Positions 38,730 to 49,427 of a DNA stretch of 64,000 bases are shown here, one piece after another. Location: positions 2,649-66,648 of the forward strand of contig JACPHV010000021.1 of assembly GCA_016188385.1 (NCBI GenBank), written 5' to 3'. The stretch comes from Candidatus Uhrbacteria bacterium. Lineage in GTDB: Bacteria > Patescibacteriota > Patescibacteriia > JACQRZ01. Each line of letters starts with the position of its first letter. Within the stretch, counting starts at the first letter, position 1. A program made the translations under genes and the position numbers. The notes under the pieces are model-generated. The model saw nothing but the letters and a program-made list of their open reading frames with translations. It searched no databases and was not told the DNA's origin.

Positions 38730-39071
38730 TTATTCTGTTGACGAATCTTCGTCTTTCTTCTCTTTGAAAAAAGCTTCTATCATTTCTTCTTGTTCTTTGA
38801 GAATAGCCATTCCCTGCTCCACATGTTCTTTCAACATGTTCCAACTATCATCCGTCTGTTGCAGATCGTCTAAAAGGAGTTCAATTGTATCATCATTCTT
38901 TATGCCCTGCCGATTCAGTTTCAACGCGATTCGTAATTGTTCGGAATTTTCTTTCATAAGATCTTCCAACTCTTTCATCTCTTTAAGTGTCCGCTGAATC
39001 CCCCTTTGTAAACGAAGAATGATTCCTCTTTCAATCGAAACTATGTTAGGGCGCTCTTGTTCTTCCCGCAT
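38730..39071 (-). CDS. Hypothetical coiled-coil protein
   Basis: A charged, helical sequence with no family assignment. The start was trimmed to avoid a 29-nt overlap with pyrC. Confidence 0.3.
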   Translation of the reverse strand: MREEQERPNIVSIERGIILRLQRGIQRTLKEMKELEDLMKENSEQLRIALKLNRQGIKNDDTIELLLDDLQQTDDSWNMLKEHVEQGMAILKEQEEMIEAFFKEKKDEDSSTE

Positions 39072-39075
39072 AACT

Positions 39076-40293
39076 CTATGATAATTTATAAACCTTATTG
39101 CCAAGAATCGTATATACGGGCCAGCCTGTGAGCGTCATTCCGTCATAGGGCGACCATCCGCATTTTGTGAGTTGATCTTCGTTCGCGATTTTTTTGCGCA
39201 ATGCGGGGTCCACAAGCACGCTATCATTGTTACTCGGAATCTCAAAAATTCTTTCGATGTTCGATCGCGTTAGATCGACGATCTTATCATACGTTATTAC
39301 GCCTTTGCGTGCGGCATCCAGCAACAAAGCAAGATAATTCTCAATGCCCGGCACACCGGACGGCGCCGTGCCATAGGGCAAATCTTTCTCCGCAAGCGTA
39401 TGTGGCGCGTGATCGGTACCAATGGTATCGATCGTGCCGTCAGCAATACCTACCCATAAGGCTTCGTTGTCGGCGGCTGTACGAAGTGGAGGGTTCATCT
39501 GCGCGCGCGTGCCAAGAGCGGGGTAGATAGATTCGTTCAAAAAAAGATGGTGAGGCGTCGTTTCCATATACACATTGACACCCTCTTTCTTTGCGGAGCG
39601 CACCATTGCCACTTCTTCCATCGTGCTTGCGTGCAGTACATAGAGACGATTGCCGTACTTTTTTGCTGCCGCAAGAGCGCGATCCAACGCGGCTAACGCG
39701 CAATTCCTCGCTCGGATCTTTGGATGAAACGAGACATCAGTAACATTTGAATAGGCCTCCTTGTTCTTTTTCATGAGTGCCTCGTCTTCTGCATGTACTG
39801 CTACTACAATACCAAAACGCGCGGCTAGTTCACAGATACGTTCAAACGTTTCTTGTTTTTCTATTAAAAGATTCCCTGTGCTTGCCCCTAAAAAAACCTT
39901 GATGCCAATGACCTGTTCGCGCACCTTTTCAATTTCGTCAACAGTTGTCTCATCTGCTCCAAGATAAAGGTACTGTCGAAGCGGCATACCCACTCTCTCC
40001 AATTGCTCCTCGATCAGCTTCTTCTTCTCCGTCACACGCTCAAGCGTGGTGCAGGGAGGAGTATTGTTTGGCATATCAAACACTGTCGTCACGCCTCCGG
40101 CTATTGCAGCGCGCGCGCCCGTCTCCCAGTCTTCCTTATGCTCACCGCCAGGCACACGGAAATGAACATGCGGATCAATGAGTGCGGGAAATACTGTCAA
40201 TCCTGTAGCGTTTATAGTCTGCTCCTCTTTACTCTCAAAGGTAAGTGTCGTTATTTCTCCATCGATTGTCTGTACGTTTTCAATACGGAGCAT
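39076..40293 (-). CDS. pyrC: Dihydroorotase
   Basis: DPHVHFR and GTDHAPH metal-binding motifs are present. Confidence 0.85.
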   Translation of the reverse strand: MLRIENVQTIDGEITTLTFESKEEQTINATGLTVFPALIDPHVHFRVPGGEHKEDWETGARAAIAGGVTTVFDMPNNTPPCTTLERVTEKKKLIEEQLERVGMPLRQYLYLGADETTVDEIEKVREQVIGIKVFLGASTGNLLIEKQETFERICELAARFGIVVAVHAEDEALMKKNKEAYSNVTDVSFHPKIRARNCALAALDRALAAAKKYGNRLYVLHASTMEEVAMVRSAKKEGVNVYMETTPHHLFLNESIYPALGTRAQMNPPLRTAADNEALWVGIADGTIDTIGTDHAPHTLAEKDLPYGTAPSGVPGIENYLALLLDAARKGVITYDKIVDLTRSNIERIFEIPSNNDSVLVDPALRKKIANEDQLTKCGWSPYDGMTLTGWPVYTILGNKVYKLS

Positions 40294-40301
40294 ACTTACT
40301 A

Positions 40302-41276
40302 CTATCTCAAAATTGGAAAATCGATTCTCTTTTGGGTAATATTCTTGTCTTGCATATATTCGCCAGCAAGCTTTGAAACCATCTCTACATTGAGTCCGTA
40401 TTCTTTCTCTTCACCATTTTCCCGGCGAATGACCAATTTGATATTCTTCTTTCCAGATGCATCATTGGAAATAACCAAATCCCAGCCATCAAGGACTTTC
40501 ATACTGCCGCCAATATCTTCCAAACGATTAAATCCAACCACTTTTTTGCCATTCACCTCGCGCTCAATACAATATTTTAAAAAGCCTTCTGTAGAATATT
40601 TATGGCCACTACTTACAAGATCAACACTTTCGCCCTTTTTCATATGATCAGGGAGGTTGATCAGACGATTGATCTTATAGGCAACTGAAGCAGCATCTTG
40701 CCGAGGAAGAGAACGATCTGGAGTGGGTTGCTCTCCCACAAGATCAAGATACCACTGCACATATTTTTCTTGAAACCGTTCCTCAATCTCTTCTTGATCA
40801 TCAGCTGATAATACCCCCTCTTCGACCAATTGCCGATATGTCTTTCCGGGATGCCCAGGATACTGAGCTCGTACATATTCGTCCATTTCGAGATTCATCT
40901 TTTTCTCTGACTCCGCGTCAAATCCGGGATGTGGCAGGTCAAAAAAAGCGTTCATGCCGTCTTTTGTCTGAAGGATTTTCTTATCCATGCCAGTCACACC
41001 AGCACCTTCAAAAGCTGCCTGAAGGGTAGCGGCAGTTCTATCAACCTTTGTCCCGTAAGCCATCTTAATATTCCTGCCTCGAAAGATTTTCTCCCCAACA
41101 TTTTTTGCACGTATAACTCCCTTTGTCGTAATGCCTCTTCTCCCACCATCGGCAACTTTTCCTGGCTCTTTTTGACTATGGCGTAAAAATGTAATACGCA
41201 CGCTTGTGTCATGTCCGAGCTCCTTTTGCTCAGTATTTCTTTCTCCAACAGGTCGTGGAGATCGTTCTTTTTCCAT
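40302..41276 (-). CDS. Hypothetical protein, possibly histidine-phosphatase-like
   Basis: A weak RHS/RHG-like segment RITFLRHSQKE. Otherwise unassigned. It lies between pyrI and pyrC. Confidence 0.3.
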   Translation of the reverse strand: MEKERSPRPVGERNTEQKELGHDTSVRITFLRHSQKEPGKVADGGRRGITTKGVIRAKNVGEKIFRGRNIKMAYGTKVDRTAATLQAAFEGAGVTGMDKKILQTKDGMNAFFDLPHPGFDAESEKKMNLEMDEYVRAQYPGHPGKTYRQLVEEGVLSADDQEEIEERFQEKYVQWYLDLVGEQPTPDRSLPRQDAASVAYKINRLINLPDHMKKGESVDLVSSGHKYSTEGFLKYCIEREVNGKKVVGFNRLEDIGGSMKVLDGWDLVISNDASGKKNIKLVIRRENGEEKEYGLNVEMVSKLAGEYMQDKNITQKRIDFPILR

Positions 41277-41281
41277 AATGC

Positions 41282-41752
41282 CTAGACATCATGAATATAG
41301 TTCTTCATTTGATCCTGACTGTACATTCGCTCACAATACACACATTCGAGATGAATAGAGGAGCCGGTCTGAATGATACGAAATTTTGAACTCATACGAT
41401 CTTTATTGGTCACACAATTTTGATTGTGACAAAGAAACACATGCTCAACCGTATCGGGTATTCGTAAGGGGATTTTCTTGATGACTGCGTAATTACGGAT
41501 GATCGCCATAGTTGCCTTTGGAGCAAAGACTGCAATCTGACTCGCTTCCTCCTGTGTTATCTCTCGATCTTCAAGTTTGATAAGATCTTTGCGCTTCATA
41601 CTTTGACTTGGAAGATTCAGACCAACAGTCGCAATCTTTGGATACGATGTAAGATTCAATAAGGCAAGTATACGCAGCGCGGTTCCTTGTGGGATGTGAT
41701 CGATTACGGTGCCATTTTTAATGGCAGCAACGGAGAGAGTTTTTGATGGCAT
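41282..41752 (-). CDS. pyrI: Aspartate carbamoyltransferase regulatory subunit
   Basis: LSVAAIKNGTVIDHIP N-domain and a C-terminal zinc domain CHNQNCVTN...CVYCE are present. Confidence 0.85.
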   Translation of the reverse strand: MPSKTLSVAAIKNGTVIDHIPQGTALRILALLNLTSYPKIATVGLNLPSQSMKRKDLIKLEDREITQEEASQIAVFAPKATMAIIRNYAVIKKIPLRIPDTVEHVFLCHNQNCVTNKDRMSSKFRIIQTGSSIHLECVYCERMYSQDQMKNYIHDV

Positions 41753-41770
41753 AGTAATGTTTCCTTAAGA

Positions 41771-42754
41771 CTACTCTATCTTTCCGAGAACAAGACTTAA
41801 TACGGCCTGACGGACAAGGAGTCCATTCTGTGCTTGTTGAAAATAATACGCGTGAGGCGTAGCATCGATCGATGGATCTATTTCTCGAACGCGAGGAAGT
41901 GGATGCAAAATCCGCATGGATGGGCGGACAGCACCCAATTGATCTAGAGTAAGTCGAAATACGTCTTTTACTCTATTATACTCCATACTATCAGAAAAAC
42001 GTTCTTCTTGGATACGGGTCATATATAAGATATCGAGTTTAGGTAGTACATCATCAAGTTTTTCATGAAATGAAAATTTAACCTGCTTTGCTTTCACGTG
42101 ATTGGCGATATGGGGCGGGATCTGGAGGGAAGGCGGGGCGATGAAATAAAGCCGTACATTGAAGTGGCTCAAAGCTTGCGCAAGAGAATGTGCTGTCCTT
42201 CCATACTTGAGATCACCGACAAGAGCAATATGTATTCCATCGATACTCTTCTGTGATTCCTTAATAGTGTAAAGGTCAAGCAGAGTCTGTGTGGGATGTT
42301 GATTCGAGCCATCGCCCGCATTAATGATTGGCGTATCTGTTGCTTCAGCGGCACGCCGTGCAGATCCGTCAACAGGGTGTCGCATCACGATGATGTCCAC
42401 ATACTGACCAATAATCTTTATAGAGTCATAGAGTGTTTCGCCCTTCTTTGCCGACGTTGTACTTGAATCAGCAAAGCCGATAACATCACCGCCGAGACGT
42501 TTCATTGCCGCCTCAAAAGAAAGTCGAGTCCTTGTTGACGGCTCAAAAAAACAACTTCCCATTAAACATCCACTTAAAAGACGATTGGGATTTGATTTCT
42601 TTACCTGATCAGCTACACGCAGAATATACAAAATATCTTCTTTCGAAAAATCAGCCATTGAAATGATGTCTCGTCCTCTCAATATATTTTGTTTCATATG
42701 AATGATATTATTTTTAGCTGCTCGCAGTTGCTCCTGCCATTCCAACTCTATCAA
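41771..42754 (-). CDS. pyrB: Aspartate carbamoyltransferase catalytic subunit
   Basis: STRTR, HPTQ and HPLP motifs are present. Confidence 0.9.
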   Translation of the reverse strand: MIELEWQEQLRAAKNNIIHMKQNILRGRDIISMADFSKEDILYILRVADQVKKSNPNRLLSGCLMGSCFFEPSTRTRLSFEAAMKRLGGDVIGFADSSTTSAKKGETLYDSIKIIGQYVDIIVMRHPVDGSARRAAEATDTPIINAGDGSNQHPTQTLLDLYTIKESQKSIDGIHIALVGDLKYGRTAHSLAQALSHFNVRLYFIAPPSLQIPPHIANHVKAKQVKFSFHEKLDDVLPKLDILYMTRIQEERFSDSMEYNRVKDVFRLTLDQLGAVRPSMRILHPLPRVREIDPSIDATPHAYYFQQAQNGLLVRQAVLSLVLGKIE

Positions 42755-42772
42755 GGACGGCCTACAATTATT

Positions 42773-45700
42773 TTACGTTCGATTCATATATTCTTGCCAT
42801 GACCGAAGTTTTATCTTTTCTACTGATAGATCGGTCATGCACTGTAAAAAAATTCGGGCTATCTGAAGATTGGTAATCACGGGGATGTGATGATCGATTG
42901 CAAAGCGACGGATATAATAGCCATCTGTTTCTGCGCCCGTCCTTGGGCCTTTCGGGATATTAACAATAAGGCCGATGGAATGTTTCTTGATGATGTCTCC
43001 AATGTTTGGGTTCAATCCTTCTGAAAACTTAAACACGAATATACAGCCAACACCCCTCTGGGTCAAATAATGATGCGTTCCTTCTGTTGCATAGATCTCC
43101 CATCCGGCTTGCTCAAGTTTCTTCACTGCCTCAAAAAGTTTTGCTTTTGAATAATCACCGCCGATACTGAGAAGTACCTTTTTCTGAGATACATTCTGTT
43201 CAGTAGCAAGCCAAGAGAGTAAAAATGCTTCCGGCATCGTGTCGCCAATACATGCAACTTCTCCTGTGGATGCCATTTCAACCGACGCTACCGGATCCGA
43301 TCCCTTTAGCCTACTATAAGAAAACAATGGGTGTTTGACTCCGACATGATTCAATTCCAATGTCTCGTAATCTCCTTTGCACGGTATGGCGAGAATCGCC
43401 TTTGTCGCGAGTTCAATAAAATTAACATTGGTAACTTTTGAGACGAAAGGAAATGAACGAGACGCGCGAACATTGCATTCGATGACTTTTATGTCATTAT
43501 TTTTTGCAATAAATTGGATATTAAAGGGGCCTGTTATGGCAAGCGCCCTGACGATCTTGTGCGCAATATCTTTTGTCTGGCGAATTGTCTCCATATATAA
43601 TCGCTGAGGAGGGATCACTACGGTCGCATCTCCGGAATGCACGCCCGCATTTTCGATATGCTCCGTGATAGCCTGTACTATGATCTCGCCATCACATGCA
43701 ACACCATCGATCTCGAGTTCTTTTGCTCCCATAATGAATTGGGAAAGGACAACAGGATGGTCGAGAGAAACGCCACTGGCATCGTCGATATATTTCCGTA
43801 ATGCCTCATCGGAACGGACAACATTCATAGCTGCCCCTGACAGGACATAGGAAGGACGAACAAGGATGGGATATCCAATACGTCTTGCAAAACTAAGAGC
43901 ATGCTTAAAATTTGTAACCCGCTCCCATGCAGGCTGATCAATCGAGAGCGTTCCAAGCAGCGCTGAAAACTTCCCTCTATCTTCTGCCATATCAATAAAA
44001 TGGGGAGCTGTACCAAGAATCGGATATGTATTCATATGGAGAGGCGTGGCAAGATTCTGCGCAATCTGACCACCGACCGATATGATCACGCCTTTTATTT
44101 TTTCAAAATCAAGAATGTCCTGAACACGTTCTAATGTCAGTTCCTCAAAATAAAGACGATCAGACTCATCATAGTCCGTGGATACTGTCTCTGGATTTGA
44201 ATTTATGATGACAGTGTACTTGCCAAACTTTCTTAACATTCGAGCTGTATTCACCGCGCACCAATCAAATTCAACTGATGATCCGATCGAGTATGGCCCT
44301 GAACCGAGAACAACGATTGGCTGTTTCCCTGATGTCTCAATATCATTGTTCGTACCGCTATAAGTGCAATAGAGGTAGTTTGTTCGAGCAGGAAACTCAC
44401 CCGCGAGAGTATCAATCTGTTTAATGAATGGCGTAATACCCCATCGAATTCGAATTTTTCGTATGGCAGCTTCAGGACGCTTATGACGCATACCAATATA
44501 CCGATCAGAAAATCCGAGCTGTTTTGCTTCACGTAACCTTTCTTTTGTCAGTGGCTTACCGATACATATACGGTCATAATCCGCAATCTGTTTCAAGTGA
44601 TTCAAAAACCAAGAATCAATACAAGAAAGTTCTTTCGCGCGCTGAACAGACCCCTTCTTCTTAAAATAGTCATAGAGAGCGAATAGCCGATGATCAGTCG
44701 GGGTACCTATCTCTTCTTCGTGATTTGTAAAATGATATGGATGAGTGGAAAGCTCAATCTGCCCGCCGTTGAGCATGCGGACGCCTTTTTGCAAAGCTTC
44801 AGAGAATGATCGCCCAATCGCCATTACCTCTCCGACACTCTTCATCTCGGTCCCAATGGTATGATTTGCTGATCGTAGCTTTCCTATGTCCCACTTAGGA
44901 ATTTTTACAACAACGTAGTCTAGTGCGGGCTCAAAAAATGCTGTTGTGTCTTTTGTAATAGTATTTTTGAGTTGATCGAGTCGTTTTCCTAATGCAAGTT
45001 TTGCAGCAATCGAAGCAAGAGGATATCCTGTCGCTTTTGAAGCCAGTGCGCTGGAACGAGATAAGCGTGCATTCATTTCAATGACACGGTATTCCCCATT
45101 CTCCGAATTGAGAGCGAACTGCACATTGCACTCGCCCACAATTCCGATATGACGAGCTACTGCACAAGCAATTTCTCGCAAACGATGGTACTCGAAATTA
45201 TTCAATGTCTGCGAAGGAGCAACTACAATACTCTCACCCGTGTGGATCCCCATCGGATCCATATTCTCCATATTACAGACGGTAATCACGTTATCCGCAG
45301 CATCACGCAGGACTTCGTACTCGATCTCTTTCCATCCATGCAAGTATTCCTCAACGAGAATCTGCGGAGATTTACTCAACGCTTCAGAAACGCAAGCAAT
45401 GAATGCATCTTTCGTATGTACGACACCACTGCCAAGCCCTCCCAATGAATAACCGGAACGGATCATAACAGGAAATCCTATTGCTTCTATGGCCTGTTCT
45501 GCCTCGTGAAGCGAAGTGGCTACTTTACTCTTGGGCGTGAGGACATCTATCGCGGCAAGAGATTCTTTAAACAGTCCGCGATCTTCTGAGATGCGAATCG
45601 CGCTGACTGGAGTCCCTAATACCTGTACTTCATGCTGTTTCAAGATCCCTTTCTCTTCTAATTCGAGACCTACATTTAATGCTGTTTGTCCGCCGAATCC

Positions 45701-45958
45701 AAGGAGCAATCCATCAGGTTTTTCTTTTTTGATTATCTCGCTGACTACTTCAAACGTAAGCGGCTGAAGATACAAGACATCTGCCATCGTTTCGTCGGTC
45801 TGCACGGTCGCTATATTTGGATTCACCAGTACTGTCTTTATTCCTTCTTCGCGGATTGCTTTGAGCGCCTGGCTTCCTGAATAATCAAATTCTCCTGCCT
45901 GTCCGATACGCAAGCCCCCGGAACCAAGGATAAGGATTTTTGAATATGACGAGTTCAC
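42773..45958 (-). CDS. carB: Carbamoyl-phosphate synthase large subunit
   Basis: 1061 aa with duplicated ATP-grasp halves and an MGS-like C-terminal domain. Confidence 0.95.
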   Translation of the reverse strand: MNSSYSKILILGSGGLRIGQAGEFDYSGSQALKAIREEGIKTVLVNPNIATVQTDETMADVLYLQPLTFEVVSEIIKKEKPDGLLLGFGGQTALNVGLELEEKGILKQHEVQVLGTPVSAIRISEDRGLFKESLAAIDVLTPKSKVATSLHEAEQAIEAIGFPVMIRSGYSLGGLGSGVVHTKDAFIACVSEALSKSPQILVEEYLHGWKEIEYEVLRDAADNVITVCNMENMDPMGIHTGESIVVAPSQTLNNFEYHRLREIACAVARHIGIVGECNVQFALNSENGEYRVIEMNARLSRSSALASKATGYPLASIAAKLALGKRLDQLKNTITKDTTAFFEPALDYVVVKIPKWDIGKLRSANHTIGTEMKSVGEVMAIGRSFSEALQKGVRMLNGGQIELSTHPYHFTNHEEEIGTPTDHRLFALYDYFKKKGSVQRAKELSCIDSWFLNHLKQIADYDRICIGKPLTKERLREAKQLGFSDRYIGMRHKRPEAAIRKIRIRWGITPFIKQIDTLAGEFPARTNYLYCTYSGTNNDIETSGKQPIVVLGSGPYSIGSSVEFDWCAVNTARMLRKFGKYTVIINSNPETVSTDYDESDRLYFEELTLERVQDILDFEKIKGVIISVGGQIAQNLATPLHMNTYPILGTAPHFIDMAEDRGKFSALLGTLSIDQPAWERVTNFKHALSFARRIGYPILVRPSYVLSGAAMNVVRSDEALRKYIDDASGVSLDHPVVLSQFIMGAKELEIDGVACDGEIIVQAITEHIENAGVHSGDATVVIPPQRLYMETIRQTKDIAHKIVRALAITGPFNIQFIAKNNDIKVIECNVRASRSFPFVSKVTNVNFIELATKAILAIPCKGDYETLELNHVGVKHPLFSYSRLKGSDPVASVEMASTGEVACIGDTMPEAFLLSWLATEQNVSQKKVLLSIGGDYSKAKLFEAVKKLEQAGWEIYATEGTHHYLTQRGVGCIFVFKFSEGLNPNIGDIIKKHSIGLIVNIPKGPRTGAETDGYYIRRFAIDHHIPVITNLQIARIFLQCMTDLSVEKIKLRSWQEYMNRT

Positions 45959-47142
45959 AAAAGGTCAATAAATTTTTTAAAAAGGAACCTTGTATCAGTG
46001 GGACCGGGGCTTGCTTCCGGGTGAAACTGTACTGAAAAAAATGGTTTTTTCCGATGCGCGACACCTTCTACGGAAAAGTCGTTCAGATTACGAAATGACA
46101 CGGTCCAATCTTTAGGAAGCGTTTTTTCATCGACTGCGTATCCATGATTCTGACTTGTAATATAACACCTACCAGAGACGAGATCCTGACAGGGTTGATT
46201 TTGCCCGCGATGTCCGTACGGGAGTTTGTACGTCTTCGCTCCAGCTGCCAATGCTAAAAGCTGGGATCCAAGACAGATGCCAAATATGGGTTTGTTTTGC
46301 CGCATGACTTTCTCGAGGATAGCGATGGTTTCTTTTGCCATTGCGGGGTCCCCGGGGCCATTTGAGACAAAGATGCCGTCAAAAACGTCCTCACTATAAT
46401 CATAGGAGTACGGCACTCGAGTAATGGTAGTATCAAATGAAAGAAGTTCACGGATAATATTTTCTTTCATGCCGCAATCGACCGCGATGATTCGCTTTGC
46501 TCCATTGCCATAGATTTTTTTCTTTGTAATCGAAACCGCTGCAACAAGATTCTGGGTAGCGGGATCTAAAAATTTTCGAGTGGACGAGTGTTTCTTGCCC
46601 ACTCCACTAGCAGAGAGGGTTCCAAGCGGTGTACCATGTTCACGAATATGTTTTGTGAGCGCACGAGTATCTGAACAAAGAAAAAGAGGGACTTGATTCC
46701 CTCTCAACCATTCAATAAATGATGTGATGTTGGCGTAGTGTGTCTGATTGATGGACGCCTCGGATACAATCACGCCCCGCGCAGAAATAGTAGAGTGCTC
46801 CCAATACTTCTGCGCAGGCACTCCGTAATTCCCAATAAGAGGGTAGGTGAATGTGATGACCTGTCCGGCGTAGGAGGGGTCGGTGATTGTCTCGACATAG
46901 CCAGTCATACCCGTAGTGAAGACGATCTCCCCATGAGTAACTTCTTGGCTCCAAGAAGAGAGAAGTCCTTTACACCGAACGCCAGTATTGAGTATAAGCT
47001 CGGCGGGCCTAAAAAGATCGTGAGGGGCAGCAGTCTCTTTATAAAAAAAGAAACCCTCTTGGGGATTCTTTTGTGCGGAACTGACATTCCCTTTGACCTT
47101 AAGTTTGTTTTTTTGTTTGATAAAATGAGAACTGGAAGACAT
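45955..47142 (-). CDS. carA: Carbamoyl-phosphate synthase small subunit (glutamine amidotransferase)
   Basis: VFTTGMTGYVETITDPSYAGQ and the GATase triad region GICLGSQLL are present. A ~45 aa N-terminal extension has no alternative in-frame start. An ATGA overlap with carB is present. Confidence 0.9.
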   Translation of the reverse strand: MSSSSHFIKQKNKLKVKGNVSSAQKNPQEGFFFYKETAAPHDLFRPAELILNTGVRCKGLLSSWSQEVTHGEIVFTTGMTGYVETITDPSYAGQVITFTYPLIGNYGVPAQKYWEHSTISARGVIVSEASINQTHYANITSFIEWLRGNQVPLFLCSDTRALTKHIREHGTPLGTLSASGVGKKHSSTRKFLDPATQNLVAAVSITKKKIYGNGAKRIIAVDCGMKENIIRELLSFDTTITRVPYSYDYSEDVFDGIFVSNGPGDPAMAKETIAILEKVMRQNKPIFGICLGSQLLALAAGAKTYKLPYGHRGQNQPCQDLVSGRCYITSQNHGYAVDEKTLPKDWTVSFRNLNDFSVEGVAHRKKPFFSVQFHPEASPGPTDTRFLFKKFIDLL

Positions 47143-47226
47143 AGATTATCCACACTGCTTATGCTCAAAGATGAAGTATAGCAGGCATCCTAAACTCATA
47201 CAAGGGGGTCAACAACATCTGCTTTA

Positions 47227-47685
47227 TTACTTTTGTTTTTTTGCTGCATTCACAAGCCAGGAACTTGATTGCACCTTGCCGCCGCGCCCCACATTAAAGA
47301 CTGTCTTACAGCCGATTGTACGGCACAACATATTTTCCTTGCTTACCGACGTTTGCGGTGTCCGATCGCCGCCATTTGCAAAAATGTCGGGCTTTAACGC
47401 GCGCAATTCCTTTACAACACTCATATCAGTAGGGTGTGCCGGATGTTTTGTGAGGATAACACGATCAACGCAGGCAAGCGCTTCAATAATCTCTTTGCGC
47501 TCGTTTTCTCCCATAAAGACATATCCTTTTTTCTTTCGGAGCCAGTTATCGTTGTTAACTATGACGACAAGCTTTTGTCCTAATTTCTTTGCCGCTTCCA
47601 TAAGACGCACATGACCGACATGGAGCGGATCGAATCCTCCGCTCACAACGACGACAGTCTTTTTGTTTATGCTCTTTCTTTTCAT
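47227..47685 (-). CDS. Cytidylyltransferase-like nucleotidyltransferase (HldE domain II / RfaE-II-like)
   Basis: VVVVSGGFDPLHVGHVRLME, the (H/T)xGH nucleotidyltransferase motif, is present. The C-terminal ANGGDR resembles heptose-1-phosphate adenylyltransferase. Confidence 0.6.
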   Translation of the reverse strand: MKRKSINKKTVVVVSGGFDPLHVGHVRLMEAAKKLGQKLVVIVNNDNWLRKKKGYVFMGENERKEIIEALACVDRVILTKHPAHPTDMSVVKELRALKPDIFANGGDRTPQTSVSKENMLCRTIGCKTVFNVGRGGKVQSSSWLVNAAKKQK

Positions 47686-47686
47686 A

Positions 47687-49384
47687 TCATTGCGCGACAG
47701 AAAATACTTCTTGTACAGAAGTGACGCCTTCGAGCGCCCGCAAAAGTCCGTCTTGCACCATTGTCACCATGCCGTTTTTTACCGCGATCTCTTGCATCTT
47801 GTATTCAGATACTTGTTCGGATAATATCACTTGTTCGATTTCAGGTGTCATCGCAAAAATTTCGTAAATACCTATCCGTCCTTTAAATCCCAGTCCATTG
47901 CATGCGCCGCATCCTTCCGCTTCCCAAAAATGGAGATTTTCCAAATCAAGCTTTATACCCGCTTGCGGTGTGATTGTCGAGAGATATTCTTTGACGCGCG
48001 CGGATTCGGCTTCATCAAGAGCGATTTCTTTTTTACATTCCGCGCATAGGCGCCGCACCAACCGCTGCCCCATGATGGCATTCAGCGCCGGCGCAAGAAG
48101 ATACCCCTTCGCTCCCATTGCCAGGAAACGCGGGATTGCTCCAGCCGCGCTGTTGGTATGGATCGTAGAAAGCACCATGTGGCCGGTAAGCGCGGCATTA
48201 ATGGCAATATCTGCTGTTTCCAGATCGCGTATTTCACCAACCATCACAATATCAGGATCTTGGCGCAGAATAGAACGCAAGCCGTGGGCAAACGTATAGC
48301 CGGCCGCGGAATCAATCTGGCTCTGATTGATACCCTTCATCTTATACTCCACCGGATCTTCCAATGTGATAATTTTTATTTCCGGCGTGTTGAGATGATT
48401 CAAAATAGCATAGAGTGTGGTGGTTTTTCCGGAACCGGTAGGGCCTGTGGTGATGACCATGCCATTGGGTTTTTCAATCTCGTACTTAAGCCGCTGATTC
48501 GAATACTCCGTGAGTCCGAGCGCTTTGAGATCAAGACCTGCAGATGAAGATTTGAGCAAACGCATTACGACACTCTCGCCTTCGCTGGTCGGCAACGTCG
48601 AGACGCGCACGTCGATCTTATCGTGCTCAAGCGTAATCGTAAATCGACCGTCCTGGGGTCTATCCGTGATGTTTATTTTCAATCCCGCAAACAACTTCAA
48701 GCGGGAAATGATCTGCTTCCATACATCCCGCGGTAAAGAAGCAACGGTATGAAGAATGCCATCGATGCGATACCGTACTTTGATGTCACTCTCTTCGGCT
48801 TCGATATGGATATCGGACGCGCGCGCGCCAAGAGCGGATGCGACGATGACTTTATACAATTCCGTCACCGACATGCCTTTCAGCTTATCGTTCAGTGTAC
48901 GGATATCGCGGAACTCTTCGCCTGAATACGTATCGAATTCTTTTTGCGTCAACGCAACTCCTCCCACATCTTCTATCACTTTCGGAAGCTGCGCGTAGAG
49001 TTTCATGACAGAGATAAAACTTGCTTCAGACATCAAGTAACGCACTATTTTTACCTTCTGTTTTTCTTCCAGGGAAGCAAGAAAGTCGTCCATACCAGGA
49101 CGCGCAGGTTCCGTGATGGCGATCCATCGTTCGCCGGATTTCTCAAAAAAACATACAGCCTTATGCTGCTTGGCTTCATTTTCGCTTATGAATTCAAGCG
49201 CGCCCGGAGACACCGGTTTGCCCACCAGACTTATGAACGGCAGTCCAAGGCTGTACGCGCGCATTTGCGTCTCTTGCTCTTTCTGCTTGAGAGCAATCTC
49301 GCGTATTTTTTCCTGAAACTTTTCCTCCGCCCCCTTCGGGGCTATCTTTTTAATTGCTTGCGGATCGTGCGGGGTGGATGGCAT
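47687..49384 (-). CDS. pilB: Type II/IV secretion-system ATPase (PilB/GspE family)
   Basis: Walker A GPTGSGKTTTL, an Asp box and VGEIRD are present, together with a GSPII_E N-terminal domain. Confidence 0.85.
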   Translation of the reverse strand: MPSTPHDPQAIKKIAPKGAEEKFQEKIREIALKQKEQETQMRAYSLGLPFISLVGKPVSPGALEFISENEAKQHKAVCFFEKSGERWIAITEPARPGMDDFLASLEEKQKVKIVRYLMSEASFISVMKLYAQLPKVIEDVGGVALTQKEFDTYSGEEFRDIRTLNDKLKGMSVTELYKVIVASALGARASDIHIEAEESDIKVRYRIDGILHTVASLPRDVWKQIISRLKLFAGLKINITDRPQDGRFTITLEHDKIDVRVSTLPTSEGESVVMRLLKSSSAGLDLKALGLTEYSNQRLKYEIEKPNGMVITTGPTGSGKTTTLYAILNHLNTPEIKIITLEDPVEYKMKGINQSQIDSAAGYTFAHGLRSILRQDPDIVMVGEIRDLETADIAINAALTGHMVLSTIHTNSAAGAIPRFLAMGAKGYLLAPALNAIMGQRLVRRLCAECKKEIALDEAESARVKEYLSTITPQAGIKLDLENLHFWEAEGCGACNGLGFKGRIGIYEIFAMTPEIEQVILSEQVSEYKMQEIAVKNGMVTMVQDGLLRALEGVTSVQEVFSVAQ

Positions 49385-49427
49385 GGGGGTACCACCTTAA
49401 GAGATTAGAAACACTGGCGCGTTATAT

